From the NCBI GenBank assembly GCA_003731685.1, contig RCNO01000004.1, positions 2,222 to 66,221 on the forward strand: a stretch of DNA of 64,000 nucleotides, written 5' to 3'. This DNA is from Bacteroidetes/Chlorobi group bacterium MS-B_bin-24. Lineage in GTDB: Bacteria > Bacteroidota > Ignavibacteria > Kapaibacteriales > UBA2268. The notes under the pieces are model-generated. The model saw nothing but the letters and a program-made list of their open reading frames with translations. It searched no databases and was not told the DNA's origin. Below, piece after piece: positions 39,704-50,725 of the stretch; the stretch's first letter is position 1, and the number at the start of each line of letters is the position of its first letter. A program made the translations under genes and the position numbers.

Positions 39704-41704
39704 ATGGTTGAAAAGTTAATTTTTGCTTTTCTGACGGTTTTAGCTTTTGGATTTTTGTTTTACAACTTGTATCGATTCATTCTTATACTTAAATTGGCAA
39801 AGCAGGAAAAGAGAACCGACCGCTTCTGGTTGAGGCTGAAAAATCTGTTTAAAATCGCATTGTTTCAAAGCAAGATTTTGAGGGAACCTTTTGCAGGGGT
39901 GGTTCACGTCGCAATTTTCTGGGGTTTTCTTGCACTGCTATTTTCGGCATCGGAAGCTGTGTTTCAAGGCTTTTATCCCGAGTTCAGCTGGTCGTTTCTT
40001 GGTTGGTTCTACACAATAATCAGTTTTTCTAATGATTTATTTTGTGTGTTGGTGTTATTTGCTGTTCTGTTTGCTTTTTTGCGTCGTTTCGTGTTTCGTG
40101 TGAAAAGGTTGCAAGGCGACAGGCGGGAAATGCTCGATGCCATCGTTGTTCTTGGCTCGATTTTTATAATTGTTACAGCTTTGCTATTGCAAAATTCTGC
40201 TAAAATTGCTTTGTATGGTGCCGAACCCTATTCTTTTCAACCTTTTGCTTCTTTGCTCAGCAGTATTTTCTCGACCGAGAGTTCCTTCCTTTTCTACAAA
40301 ATTTTCTGGTGGCTTCATATTCTGTGGATTTACTTTTTTATGAATTATATTTTCTATTCAAAACATTTTCATGTTTACACTTCGATTCAAAATGTTTTCT
40401 TCCGTGAACCTGAATACTTCTTCAAGCCTGTTAGAATTAATTTTGAAGAGGAAAATCTGGAAAGCTTTGGAGCTGGGGATTTCGAGCAACTGAGCTGGAA
40501 GTCCATACACGATTCTTTTTCCTGTACTCATTGTGGACGCTGTGATAGCGTTTGTCCTGCAAATCTAACTGGCAAGGTTCTCAGCCCAAGACGAATTATT
40601 ATTGAAATAAGGCACCGTGCACACGAAAAGGGTATAATCCTTTTGAAACAATTGAAAAACAAAAGTGGCAATCCAGCACAGGAAGAACAGGAAGTTTTGG
40701 AAAAAAGTTTTATTGGTGATTACCAAAATCCCGAAGCACTCTGGCAATGTACTACCTGCGGTGCCTGTATGCAAGAATGCCCAATTTCGATTGAACATCT
40801 CCATCCTATAATTGAAATGCGAAGAAATCAGGTGCTGATGGAGTCGAAGTTCCCAACTCTTTTGCAAAATGTGTTTTCGAGCCTTGAGAACAATGGAGCA
40901 CCTTGGCAATTTCCGCAGGCAGACCGTGCACAATGGGCAGAAGGCTTGGACATTAAGATTGCAAGCGAGAATCCAGATTTTGAATACCTGTTTTGGGTTG
41001 GTTGTGCAGGAAGTTATGACGAAAGAGCAAAGAAGATTTCAATTGCTTTCGCTAAGATTTTACAAAGAGCAGGTGTTAACTTTGCCATTCTTGGTAGCGA
41101 GGAAATGTGCAATGGCGATGTTGCCCGTCGCACTGGCAACGAATACCTCGCCGATTTTTTGATTAAAACTAATGTTGAGACATTCAAAAGATACAATGTC
41201 CAAAAGATTTTGACGATTTGCCCGCATTGCTACAACATATTTAAAAATGAGTATCCCGATTATGGCTTCCAAGCCGAAGTTATTCATCATACACAATTCA
41301 TTAGCGAGTTGATTGACAAGGGATTGATTCGTTTACGAAGTGGGAACAAATTGAGTATTACATATCACGATTCATGTTATCTCGGGCGTTATAATAGTAT
41401 TTACGAGCCTCCTCGGTCGGTTTTGAAATCGATTTATGATGGGAGTTTCGTCGAGGTGAAAAGAAAGAAAGACAAAGGATTGTGTTGTGGTGCTGGGGGT
41501 GGGATGATGTTCCTCGAAGAAACTCAAGGTAAGCGGGTCAATATCGAACGGACAGAGGAACTGCTTTCAGTAAATCCAAATACAATCGCAGCAAATTGTC
41601 CCTTCTGCATAACAATGCTTACCGATGGTGTGAAAGCAAAAGAGAAAGACGAGCAGGTTCAAGTTAAAGATATTGCAGAAATTGTTTTGGAAAATTTAGT
41701 GTAA
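39704..41704 (+). CDS. Membrane-anchored Fe-S oxidoreductase: N-terminal polytopic domain fused to an HdrD/GlpC-like domain (2x 4Fe-4S plus CCG domains)
   Basis: About 5-6 TM helices in the first ~240 aa. CTHCGRCDSVCP and CTTCGACMQECP, then the CCG-type regions WVGCAGSYDE...MCNGD and DSCYLGRYN...GLCCGAGGG. Confidence 0.8.
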   Translation: MVEKLIFAFLTVLAFGFLFYNLYRFILILKLAKQEKRTDRFWLRLKNLFKIALFQSKILREPFAGVVHVAIFWGFLALLFSASEAVFQGFYPEFSWSFLGWFYTIISFSNDLFCVLVLFAVLFAFLRRFVFRVKRLQGDRREMLDAIVVLGSIFIIVTALLLQNSAKIALYGAEPYSFQPFASLLSSIFSTESSFLFYKIFWWLHILWIYFFMNYIFYSKHFHVYTSIQNVFFREPEYFFKPVRINFEEENLESFGAGDFEQLSWKSIHDSFSCTHCGRCDSVCPANLTGKVLSPRRIIIEIRHRAHEKGIILLKQLKNKSGNPAQEEQEVLEKSFIGDYQNPEALWQCTTCGACMQECPISIEHLHPIIEMRRNQVLMESKFPTLLQNVFSSLENNGAPWQFPQADRAQWAEGLDIKIASENPDFEYLFWVGCAGSYDERAKKISIAFAKILQRAGVNFAILGSEEMCNGDVARRTGNEYLADFLIKTNVETFKRYNVQKILTICPHCYNIFKNEYPDYGFQAEVIHHTQFISELIDKGLIRLRSGNKLSITYHDSCYLGRYNSIYEPPRSVLKSIYDGSFVEVKRKKDKGLCCGAGGGMMFLEETQGKRVNIERTEELLSVNPNTIAANCPFCITMLTDGVKAKEKDEQVQVKDIAEIVLENLV

Positions 41705-41769
41705 ATTTGGAAAAAAGAAAAGTATTTTTTAAGTTTGTATACTTTTTTATAATATAAAAGGGGCTATAT

Positions 41770-42957
41770 ATGCTTAAATTTCCAATATGGGAAGAATTAA
41801 GTAAAGATGAACAAGTTCCTATTTATAATTTACCTTTGGATAAAAATTATGTGATAACTGGTGGACCCGGAACAGGAAAAACTGTACTTGCAATTCACAG
41901 GGCAGCGAGATTGAAAGATGAGGTAGGAGAAGGGAAAGTTAAGTTTTTGGTTTTTAATAAACCTCTAATGCTTTATTTAAAAAGAGTCTTAGAAGAAACT
42001 CAATTAAAGGTTGAAGATGAGAATGATAGTTTTGATGTTGACGTACAAACTTGGCATTCTTGGTTTTATGGTTTTTATTCGAGATTTATGAATAGCCCTG
42101 TTCCGCAAAAACGCGATTACGAACCAGATTGGAATAGAATAATGAATGACTCAAGATTTGTACGACTAATCAATGAAACAACACTTTGGGACCATTTAAT
42201 AATTGACGAAGCCCAAGATTTTCCTTTGGAACTTTTAGAAATTTTAAAAAGACTTTCTAAAAATGTAACTATTTTCGCAGATCCTAACCAATCAATCTTA
42301 TCCAATGACACCAATATTGCCGAAATACTTAGAATATTTGAAGCCGGTGAAAGGCGTTTTTATTTAACAAGAAATTATAGAAATACTTTTGAAATATATA
42401 ATGTTGGAAAAGTTTTTTATACTGGGGAACCTAGTAATTTACCTGGTCAGCCAATAAGAACTGGAAATAAACCTCGGATAATTGCTTATGAAAACGAAGA
42501 GGTCGTATATAAAAGAATCAAAAATTATGCGGAAAATAATCCTACAAGTAATATAGGAATCATTCTATACGATTTTAAAAATGCTAAAGATTTTTTCAAC
42601 AATCTTAAAAAATATATAGATAAAAAAATTTGTAAAGTTATGTTGTATCGACATAGTAGAAATATTGAGGATTATTTTAATTTTGACGAACCAGGAATAA
42701 AAATAATCTATAATTGGGTGATGAAGGGTCTTGAATTTGATACTGTCTTTTTGCCAAGATTAACAGATATAGATTTTATTTTAAAAGACCCACTAGACCC
42801 ACTTAAAATTAACCAAATTTATGTTGCCACTACAAGAGCCAAGAATGATGTATTTTATTTTTATGAAAAAGACAAGGAAGATTTATCCTTTGTTATAAGA
42901 AAATTGAAGTTAAAAGAAAATAGAAATTTAGTTGAATGGGAGGTTAGTAATGGATAA
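41770..42957 (+). CDS. Compact SF1 (UvrD/Rep-like) helicase/ATPase, first gene of the AT-rich three-gene operon
   Basis: GGPGTGKT (I), TWHSWF, LIIDEAQDF (II), ADPNQSI (III), LTRNYRNT (IV), MKGLEFDTVFL (V) and YVATTRAKNDVF (VI), all within 395 aa. Confidence 0.8.
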   Translation: MLKFPIWEELSKDEQVPIYNLPLDKNYVITGGPGTGKTVLAIHRAARLKDEVGEGKVKFLVFNKPLMLYLKRVLEETQLKVEDENDSFDVDVQTWHSWFYGFYSRFMNSPVPQKRDYEPDWNRIMNDSRFVRLINETTLWDHLIIDEAQDFPLELLEILKRLSKNVTIFADPNQSILSNDTNIAEILRIFEAGERRFYLTRNYRNTFEIYNVGKVFYTGEPSNLPGQPIRTGNKPRIIAYENEEVVYKRIKNYAENNPTSNIGIILYDFKNAKDFFNNLKKYIDKKICKVMLYRHSRNIEDYFNFDEPGIKIIYNWVMKGLEFDTVFLPRLTDIDFILKDPLDPLKINQIYVATTRAKNDVFYFYEKDKEDLSFVIRKLKLKENRNLVEWEVSNG

Positions 42958-44770
42958 ATTTGAGTTCTATGTCTATACTAATAACAATAACTTAAGACAC
43001 ATACTATCTCAAAATGAAATTATGTCGAAAGATTTTTTTGAAACAGATAAATATTATGAATCATTTTCCACATTAATCGATTGGGGGATTTTACTAACAG
43101 ATAAAAAATGTAGCTCCAGTTTTTTAAACAACTTCAAAGATGATTATCAAAATTTATATCCAGTTGTACTTAAAGTTAATTTAAATCATTTGCTCAATCA
43201 AAATGCTTATTTAATCAAAAATGATTATACTACATTCTTTAATAAGATAGGCAATTATGATTCATCAAAACATTTTGGTTTGATAATTCCTGGTTTTTTG
43301 CCCGCTTTTGTTATTGAGACTATCTGTTTTAATTCTGAAGAAGAAAAAAAAAGATATACTTCTTTATTAATGAGAAATATTTTTTTAGAAAGTTACGATT
43401 ATGAAGTTAATTCAGATTTATTCAATGGGGATTATGCCTTTGATATACAAAAACTTAAATGTATTGAAGGAAAAAATTTTTCTGAACCTCAGGATAAAAT
43501 TAAAAATTTTATACAGCTACGAAGAAAAATAAGAGCAGGAATTATCGCAGCTTTTGGCAATTTTAAATACAACGTAACCAATGAATTATTTTTAAATTTT
43601 GACAAACTTTTTCTTTCATTATTTGAATTTTTGATTCCCAATTATAATTCAAGTGAGGATTGGAATAAAATAAAAAAACAATTTCTTGAAAAGCCGTTGA
43701 CTAATGCACAGGCTTTGTGGGATGATAACACTCTGTTCCCGGCAATTTTGAAAAATTTGTTCGAAAGTAATAGTTCATCACCATTTTTATCCAGTTCAAA
43801 TATGGTTGAAAAAGATAGAATTTTAGATGAGAAAATTTCCCTTTTTTTGGTAGAAACATTTATTAAAGGAAAAGAGCTTGAGCGGGATAATTTTAGAAAT
43901 TTTTTGGATTCATTAGAAAACAATCTATGTGAAACAGAAAATGGATTCCATAAGATTAGGAGTTATATAGATACTATTTTTAAAATCAAACATTCTGAAA
44001 TAAGTATTAGGGACGCGGTCCTAACTTTAAATAATGCATTTATGTCATTGAAATCTCTCATTTTTTTAATGAGTATGAATCCTCAAGATACATTAAATGA
44101 CATCTTGTATAAATTGGAACAATATAAAACAAATCCATTTTTTAAGAGATTGACATTATTCTATTATGGTTTAATGAAGGGTTTATCACCATTGGATGCA
44201 GATTTTAAAAAAAATCAAACCGTTTTAGTTTTATCCGACTTCCTTTCTTTAAAAAAATATTATCCTGAATTTTTCCAATCATTATCTATTGAATATGTAA
44301 AAGAATGCCTCCTTAGGGCAAATCGTAAAGATTTAAAATTTGTAGAGAATAACTTTGTTGAATCCACTCTTGGTTTGAAATTAATTTATTTTAAAATTGA
44401 TTTCAAAGAAAAATTTAGGAAAATATTGTTATCCCTTTTAAATTCAAAGGGTAAAGAAATATTGCAAAAATACATTCCGGAGTGCATAGAAAAGGCTAAA
44501 ATTTATTGTTCCCCTGAGATAAGTTTTTCTCAAGAAAACCTCAATTCACTGGTTTTTGAAAATAATAAATGGTATATTACGCTAAAAAGTGATCAAAATT
44601 TGAATATAAAATTTAAGTTTTTGGAAAGTGGGTGGACTAAATTCGTGGAAAAATATTTAAAAAACGAGAAAGAATTTAGAAAAATTCCCCCTGAGCAACT
44701 TATTGAATTATATAAATATCTTGAAAAAGCTAAATTGGTAAACAGCTATGAACTTAGAATCGATCATTAA
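42950..44770 (+). CDS. Hypothetical protein (about 606 aa), second gene of the operon
   Basis: Long uninterrupted ORF. ATG 42950 is preceded by GGGAGG and overlaps the helicase stop by 8 nt. No family recognised. Confidence 0.7.
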   Translation: MDKFEFYVYTNNNNLRHILSQNEIMSKDFFETDKYYESFSTLIDWGILLTDKKCSSSFLNNFKDDYQNLYPVVLKVNLNHLLNQNAYLIKNDYTTFFNKIGNYDSSKHFGLIIPGFLPAFVIETICFNSEEEKKRYTSLLMRNIFLESYDYEVNSDLFNGDYAFDIQKLKCIEGKNFSEPQDKIKNFIQLRRKIRAGIIAAFGNFKYNVTNELFLNFDKLFLSLFEFLIPNYNSSEDWNKIKKQFLEKPLTNAQALWDDNTLFPAILKNLFESNSSSPFLSSSNMVEKDRILDEKISLFLVETFIKGKELERDNFRNFLDSLENNLCETENGFHKIRSYIDTIFKIKHSEISIRDAVLTLNNAFMSLKSLIFLMSMNPQDTLNDILYKLEQYKTNPFFKRLTLFYYGLMKGLSPLDADFKKNQTVLVLSDFLSLKKYYPEFFQSLSIEYVKECLLRANRKDLKFVENNFVESTLGLKLIYFKIDFKEKFRKILLSLLNSKGKEILQKYIPECIEKAKIYCSPEISFSQENLNSLVFENNKWYITLKSDQNLNIKFKFLESGWTKFVEKYLKNEKEFRKIPPEQLIELYKYLEKAKLVNSYELRIDH

Positions 44771-45956
44771 TTGCATTAAAAATAAACTACCCTCTCCAGA
44801 AATAGATAAAATGGCTATTTCAATTTTTGAAAAAGGAACCTTCCTCAATGAAATATATTATTCTGGGAAATATATTTATCTTTTTTGTAATGTTGAAGGA
44901 AGTTACGACCATAAAATCTTGATAAAATTTGAAGAACTTATTAACAACGGGTTAAGTTATAATAAAGATAAAGAAATCTATCTAGATGTTTTATCTGTTC
45001 TTTCTGAGTTGTGTTTTAAATACAAGCTTTACAAACAAGCTAACAATTATTTACTCTTGTTACGAGATATAGGGGAATATGAAAATTTACCAATATGGGT
45101 TTTTAATTATTCTGCTAAAATAATTTTTATGAACGATATTAAAGATGCTTTATATAATCCTGATACTATAATAAAACTGTTGACCAAAAAATGCAGGTTA
45201 GATAAAAATTTTCAAGGGGTCAGCATTTTGAAAGAATTTATATTGTGTTTAATTGATTCAGTTGAAAATCTTGATAAACAAAATAGTCTGAATTTTGAAT
45301 TATTTTTTGGGCTCCAGAATGTTATAAAACCATATACTCATTTAATTGCAAAAGAATGGAATCTTTTGTTAGAAACCATTATAAATCATTGTAGAATACA
45401 TAATAAAAAGCAATCTCAATTTTACGAGTTTTTATTTGACTTAAATACAATAAATCAATTATTAGAGGAAAAAAATAAAGAATATGAAAGGTTATATAAT
45501 AAATATATTGAACTCGAGGATAGATATCAAAGTCTTATGTCGCAATCTTATTTGCTTGAAGATGATAGGAGTAATTTTAAAGAAAAGATAAAAATATTAG
45601 TATTAGGGGCAAGTTCTTTAAAAAAAGAGTATATTTTTGGAATAGCAAAAGAATTTGGTTTGTCTAAAGACCAATTAGATTTATTTCTGGATTATGATAA
45701 AAATAGAAGATTTCAAATCGAAAAATTAAGATATAACTCCCCCTATTCAGGTATTTTAATAGGTCCAGTAGCTCATTGTGTTACCGGTTTAGGTGATTAT
45801 AATTCTGTAATTGAAAAATTACGAAACGAAGAAGGTTATCCTCCGTTTAGAGAAATTAAAACATTTAGTGGAGAATTGAAAATTACAAAAACAGCTTTTA
45901 AAGAAGCTTTGGAGCAATTATTAACTTCTATAAAGGGAAATATTCAAGTTTTTTGA
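44748..45956 (+). CDS. Hypothetical protein (402 aa) with a central coiled coil and a C-terminal DUF2325-like module, third gene of the operon
   Basis: The ATG overlaps the upstream ORF by 23 nt. Heptad-like segment LEEKNKEYERLYNKYIELEDRYQSL. C-terminus ILVLGASSLKKEY...GILIGPVAHCVTG...KITKTAFKEALEQLL. Confidence 0.7.
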   Translation: MNLESIINCIKNKLPSPEIDKMAISIFEKGTFLNEIYYSGKYIYLFCNVEGSYDHKILIKFEELINNGLSYNKDKEIYLDVLSVLSELCFKYKLYKQANNYLLLLRDIGEYENLPIWVFNYSAKIIFMNDIKDALYNPDTIIKLLTKKCRLDKNFQGVSILKEFILCLIDSVENLDKQNSLNFELFFGLQNVIKPYTHLIAKEWNLLLETIINHCRIHNKKQSQFYEFLFDLNTINQLLEEKNKEYERLYNKYIELEDRYQSLMSQSYLLEDDRSNFKEKIKILVLGASSLKKEYIFGIAKEFGLSKDQLDLFLDYDKNRRFQIEKLRYNSPYSGILIGPVAHCVTGLGDYNSVIEKLRNEEGYPPFREIKTFSGELKITKTAFKEALEQLLTSIKGNIQVF

Positions 45957-46109
45957 GTAATCATCAAAAACTTATTTGGCTTATTAAATAATTTTCTATT
46001 TATTAAGGTTTTACTTTTTAGCCAAAAATATTTACAAATAGCAATATTTATACTTTATACCCTTTATTTTCCTTGATTTTTTGTAATTTGCTTTTTTTAG
46101 GTAAATAAA

Positions 46110-48390
<2,281 letters not shown>

Positions 48391-49722
48391 TTATAAATCT
48401 TCTTCGTTCCGCTGGCGGTGTTTCTTTCTAAAAACAAAGGAAATTGGGGTTCCTTCGAAGTTGTATTTTTTGCGGATTACTTTTTCGATAAATCTTTTGT
48501 AAGAGTCGGGAATAAGGTCGGGGAAATTGCAAAAGAATACAAAAACAGGCGGTTCTGTCTTTGTTTGAGTAATGTAGTTGATTCTTAAATCTTTGCCTCG
48601 GATGGCTGGGGGCGGCACTTTTTCTAATTCTGGCAAAATATCTTTATTCAATTGGGATGTTTGTATTCTCAACATCCTGTTATGTTTTATTTCTTTTGCT
48701 TTCTCAATGATTTTGATAAGTCTTTGTTTTGTCACTGCACTTGTGAACAAAATAGGGACGTAGTAATAAGTTTGTAGTTGGTCATAAATTTTTTCTTTGA
48801 ATTCGTCTGCTGTTTTTTCGTTCTTATTTTCAATCAAATCCCATTTGTTAACAGCAATTATAATTCCTTTTCGGGCTTCTTCGACGGAATTGATAATCTT
48901 TTTGTCTTGGTCTTCTAAACCTCTTGTTGCGTCGATTACAACCACGGCGACGTCGCTTCGTTCGATTGCTTTTACGGTTCTAACAACGCTATAAAATTCG
49001 ATGCTTTCCTTGATACTGCTTCGCCTTCGCAATCCTGCTGTATCGATTAGTACTATTTCTTCGTTGTAATGTTTGATGATTGTATCGATGGAATCCCTTG
49101 TTGTTCCGGGAATATCTGTAACTATGGAGCGAGGTTTACCAACCAAAGCATTAACAATAGAAGACTTGCCAACGTTTGGTCTTCCAACAATGGCGATTTT
49201 TAATCTCGGGTCTTCATCTTTAATCGTTTTTTCAGGGAGCAGTTCAACCAAATCATCAAGGAATTCCCAAGAGTTTCTGCCCGAGAGAGCGGAAATTGGG
49301 TAGGGTTTCCCCAAGCCAAGCCTATGGAATTCAAATGAATTTTGGTCTTGTTCGCTGTTATCACATTTATTGACAAGCAATAAAACGTTTTTTTCTCTCC
49401 GTCGTAAAATGTTTGCTATATCGATGTCATAGTTTGTAATACCATCGCGACCATCGCAAACGAAAAGAATTGCGTCGGCTTCTTCGATTGCAATGATTGC
49501 TTGTTCTCGAACAGCAATCTCTATTTCGTCTTCGGTTTTTGGAACGAATCCCCCCGTATCAATCAGGGTAAATTTTTTGCCGTTCCATTCCGCAGTACCG
49601 TAAAGTCGGTCTCGGGTTACGCCCGGAACATCGTCGACAATCGCTTTCTTCTCGCCAATCAACCTGTTGAAAAGCGTTGATTTTCCTACATTTGGTCGAC
49701 CTACTATTGCAACTAAGCTCAT
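48391..49722 (-). CDS. der: Ribosome-associated GTPase Der (EngA)
   Basis: Two G domains (GRPNVGKSTLFN and GRPNVGKSSIVN, DTGG/DTAG, NKCD/NKWD) plus a KH-like C-terminus. Confidence 0.95.
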   Translation of the reverse strand: MSLVAIVGRPNVGKSTLFNRLIGEKKAIVDDVPGVTRDRLYGTAEWNGKKFTLIDTGGFVPKTEDEIEIAVREQAIIAIEEADAILFVCDGRDGITNYDIDIANILRRREKNVLLLVNKCDNSEQDQNSFEFHRLGLGKPYPISALSGRNSWEFLDDLVELLPEKTIKDEDPRLKIAIVGRPNVGKSSIVNALVGKPRSIVTDIPGTTRDSIDTIIKHYNEEIVLIDTAGLRRRSSIKESIEFYSVVRTVKAIERSDVAVVVIDATRGLEDQDKKIINSVEEARKGIIIAVNKWDLIENKNEKTADEFKEKIYDQLQTYYYVPILFTSAVTKQRLIKIIEKAKEIKHNRMLRIQTSQLNKDILPELEKVPPPAIRGKDLRINYITQTKTEPPVFVFFCNFPDLIPDSYKRFIEKVIRKKYNFEGTPISFVFRKKHRQRNEEDL

Positions 49723-49808
49723 CTTCTCTTTCTCTATTTAGATTTAATTTAACAAGATTGCCTATTTATTTATTATTTTTGAATTTTAAAAGAATTTGAC
49801 GAAACAAA

Positions 49809-50684
49809 ATGAAAAGTATGACAGGTTTTGCAAAAGTTGAAAAGAATTCCAATGGAGTTAAAGCAACAGTTGAAATTAAATCTTTGAATAACAGGTATCT
49901 TGATATTACCTGTAAAATTCCCCGTTCCATTTCCTCTTATGAAATGGAGATTAGAGACCTTGTGAAAAATTATATTGCCAGAGGAAATGTATCGGTTTAC
50001 ATTACAACTGAACTTGACGAAACAATAAAGCCCTTCAATCTTAACGAAAAAGTCGCCGTGGGCATTTATAATTCTCTGGTTTCTCTTGCAAAGAAACTTA
50101 AAATCAAAAGCCAAGTAACAATTAGCGATATTCTTGCTTTTCCCAACTACTTGTTGGTGGATGAAAATTCTCAATACGATGTCGATATTGAATGGAAAGT
50201 TGTAAAAGATTGTCTCACCGATGCTTTACGGAAGCTTGACGAATATAGGCTACAAGAAGGAAAAAATCTTTACCAAGATATTACGAATAGAAACAAAAAG
50301 CTGCAGGCAATTTTGAACAAAATCGAAAAGAACAGTAGCAATCGAATTGAGATAGAGCGAGAGAAGCTACGACAAAAAATCGCTCTTTTATTCGAAAGCG
50401 ACGAAATTGACGAAAACCGCTTGCAGATGGAAATTCTTTTGATGGCAAATCGATTGGACATTACCGAAGAATGTACCCGTTTACATTCCCATTTGAAATT
50501 TTTAAAGGAGGCATTGAAATCGCGTGAGCCAGTTGGTCAAAAAATAAATTTTATCCTCCAAGAAATTAATCGTGAATTCAACACAATTGGTTCAAAGTCT
50601 GATAATGCAGAAATTTCCCAATTAGTTGTAAATGCCAAAGAAGAATTGGAAAAGATTCGCGAGCAAATCCAGAACATTGAGTAA
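49809..50684 (+). CDS. yicC: YicC/YloC family protein
   Basis: MKSMTGFAK...EIKSLNNRYLDI N-terminus and QEINREFNTIGSK...AKEELEKIREQIQNIE C-terminus. Confidence 0.85.
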   Translation: MKSMTGFAKVEKNSNGVKATVEIKSLNNRYLDITCKIPRSISSYEMEIRDLVKNYIARGNVSVYITTELDETIKPFNLNEKVAVGIYNSLVSLAKKLKIKSQVTISDILAFPNYLLVDENSQYDVDIEWKVVKDCLTDALRKLDEYRLQEGKNLYQDITNRNKKLQAILNKIEKNSSNRIEIEREKLRQKIALLFESDEIDENRLQMEILLMANRLDITEECTRLHSHLKFLKEALKSREPVGQKINFILQEINREFNTIGSKSDNAEISQLVVNAKEELEKIREQIQNIE

Positions 50685-50692
50685 AACCACAG

Positions 50693-50714
50693 TGGCTGCC
50701 CCGAAGGGCAGCCA
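50693..50714. terminator. GC-rich hairpin between convergent genes (yicC and the TonB-dependent receptor)
   Basis: TGGCTGCCC-CGAA-GGGCAGCCA. On the minus strand it is followed by CTGTGGTTTTAC. Confidence 0.55.
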
Positions 50715-50725
50715 AAGTATGTACA

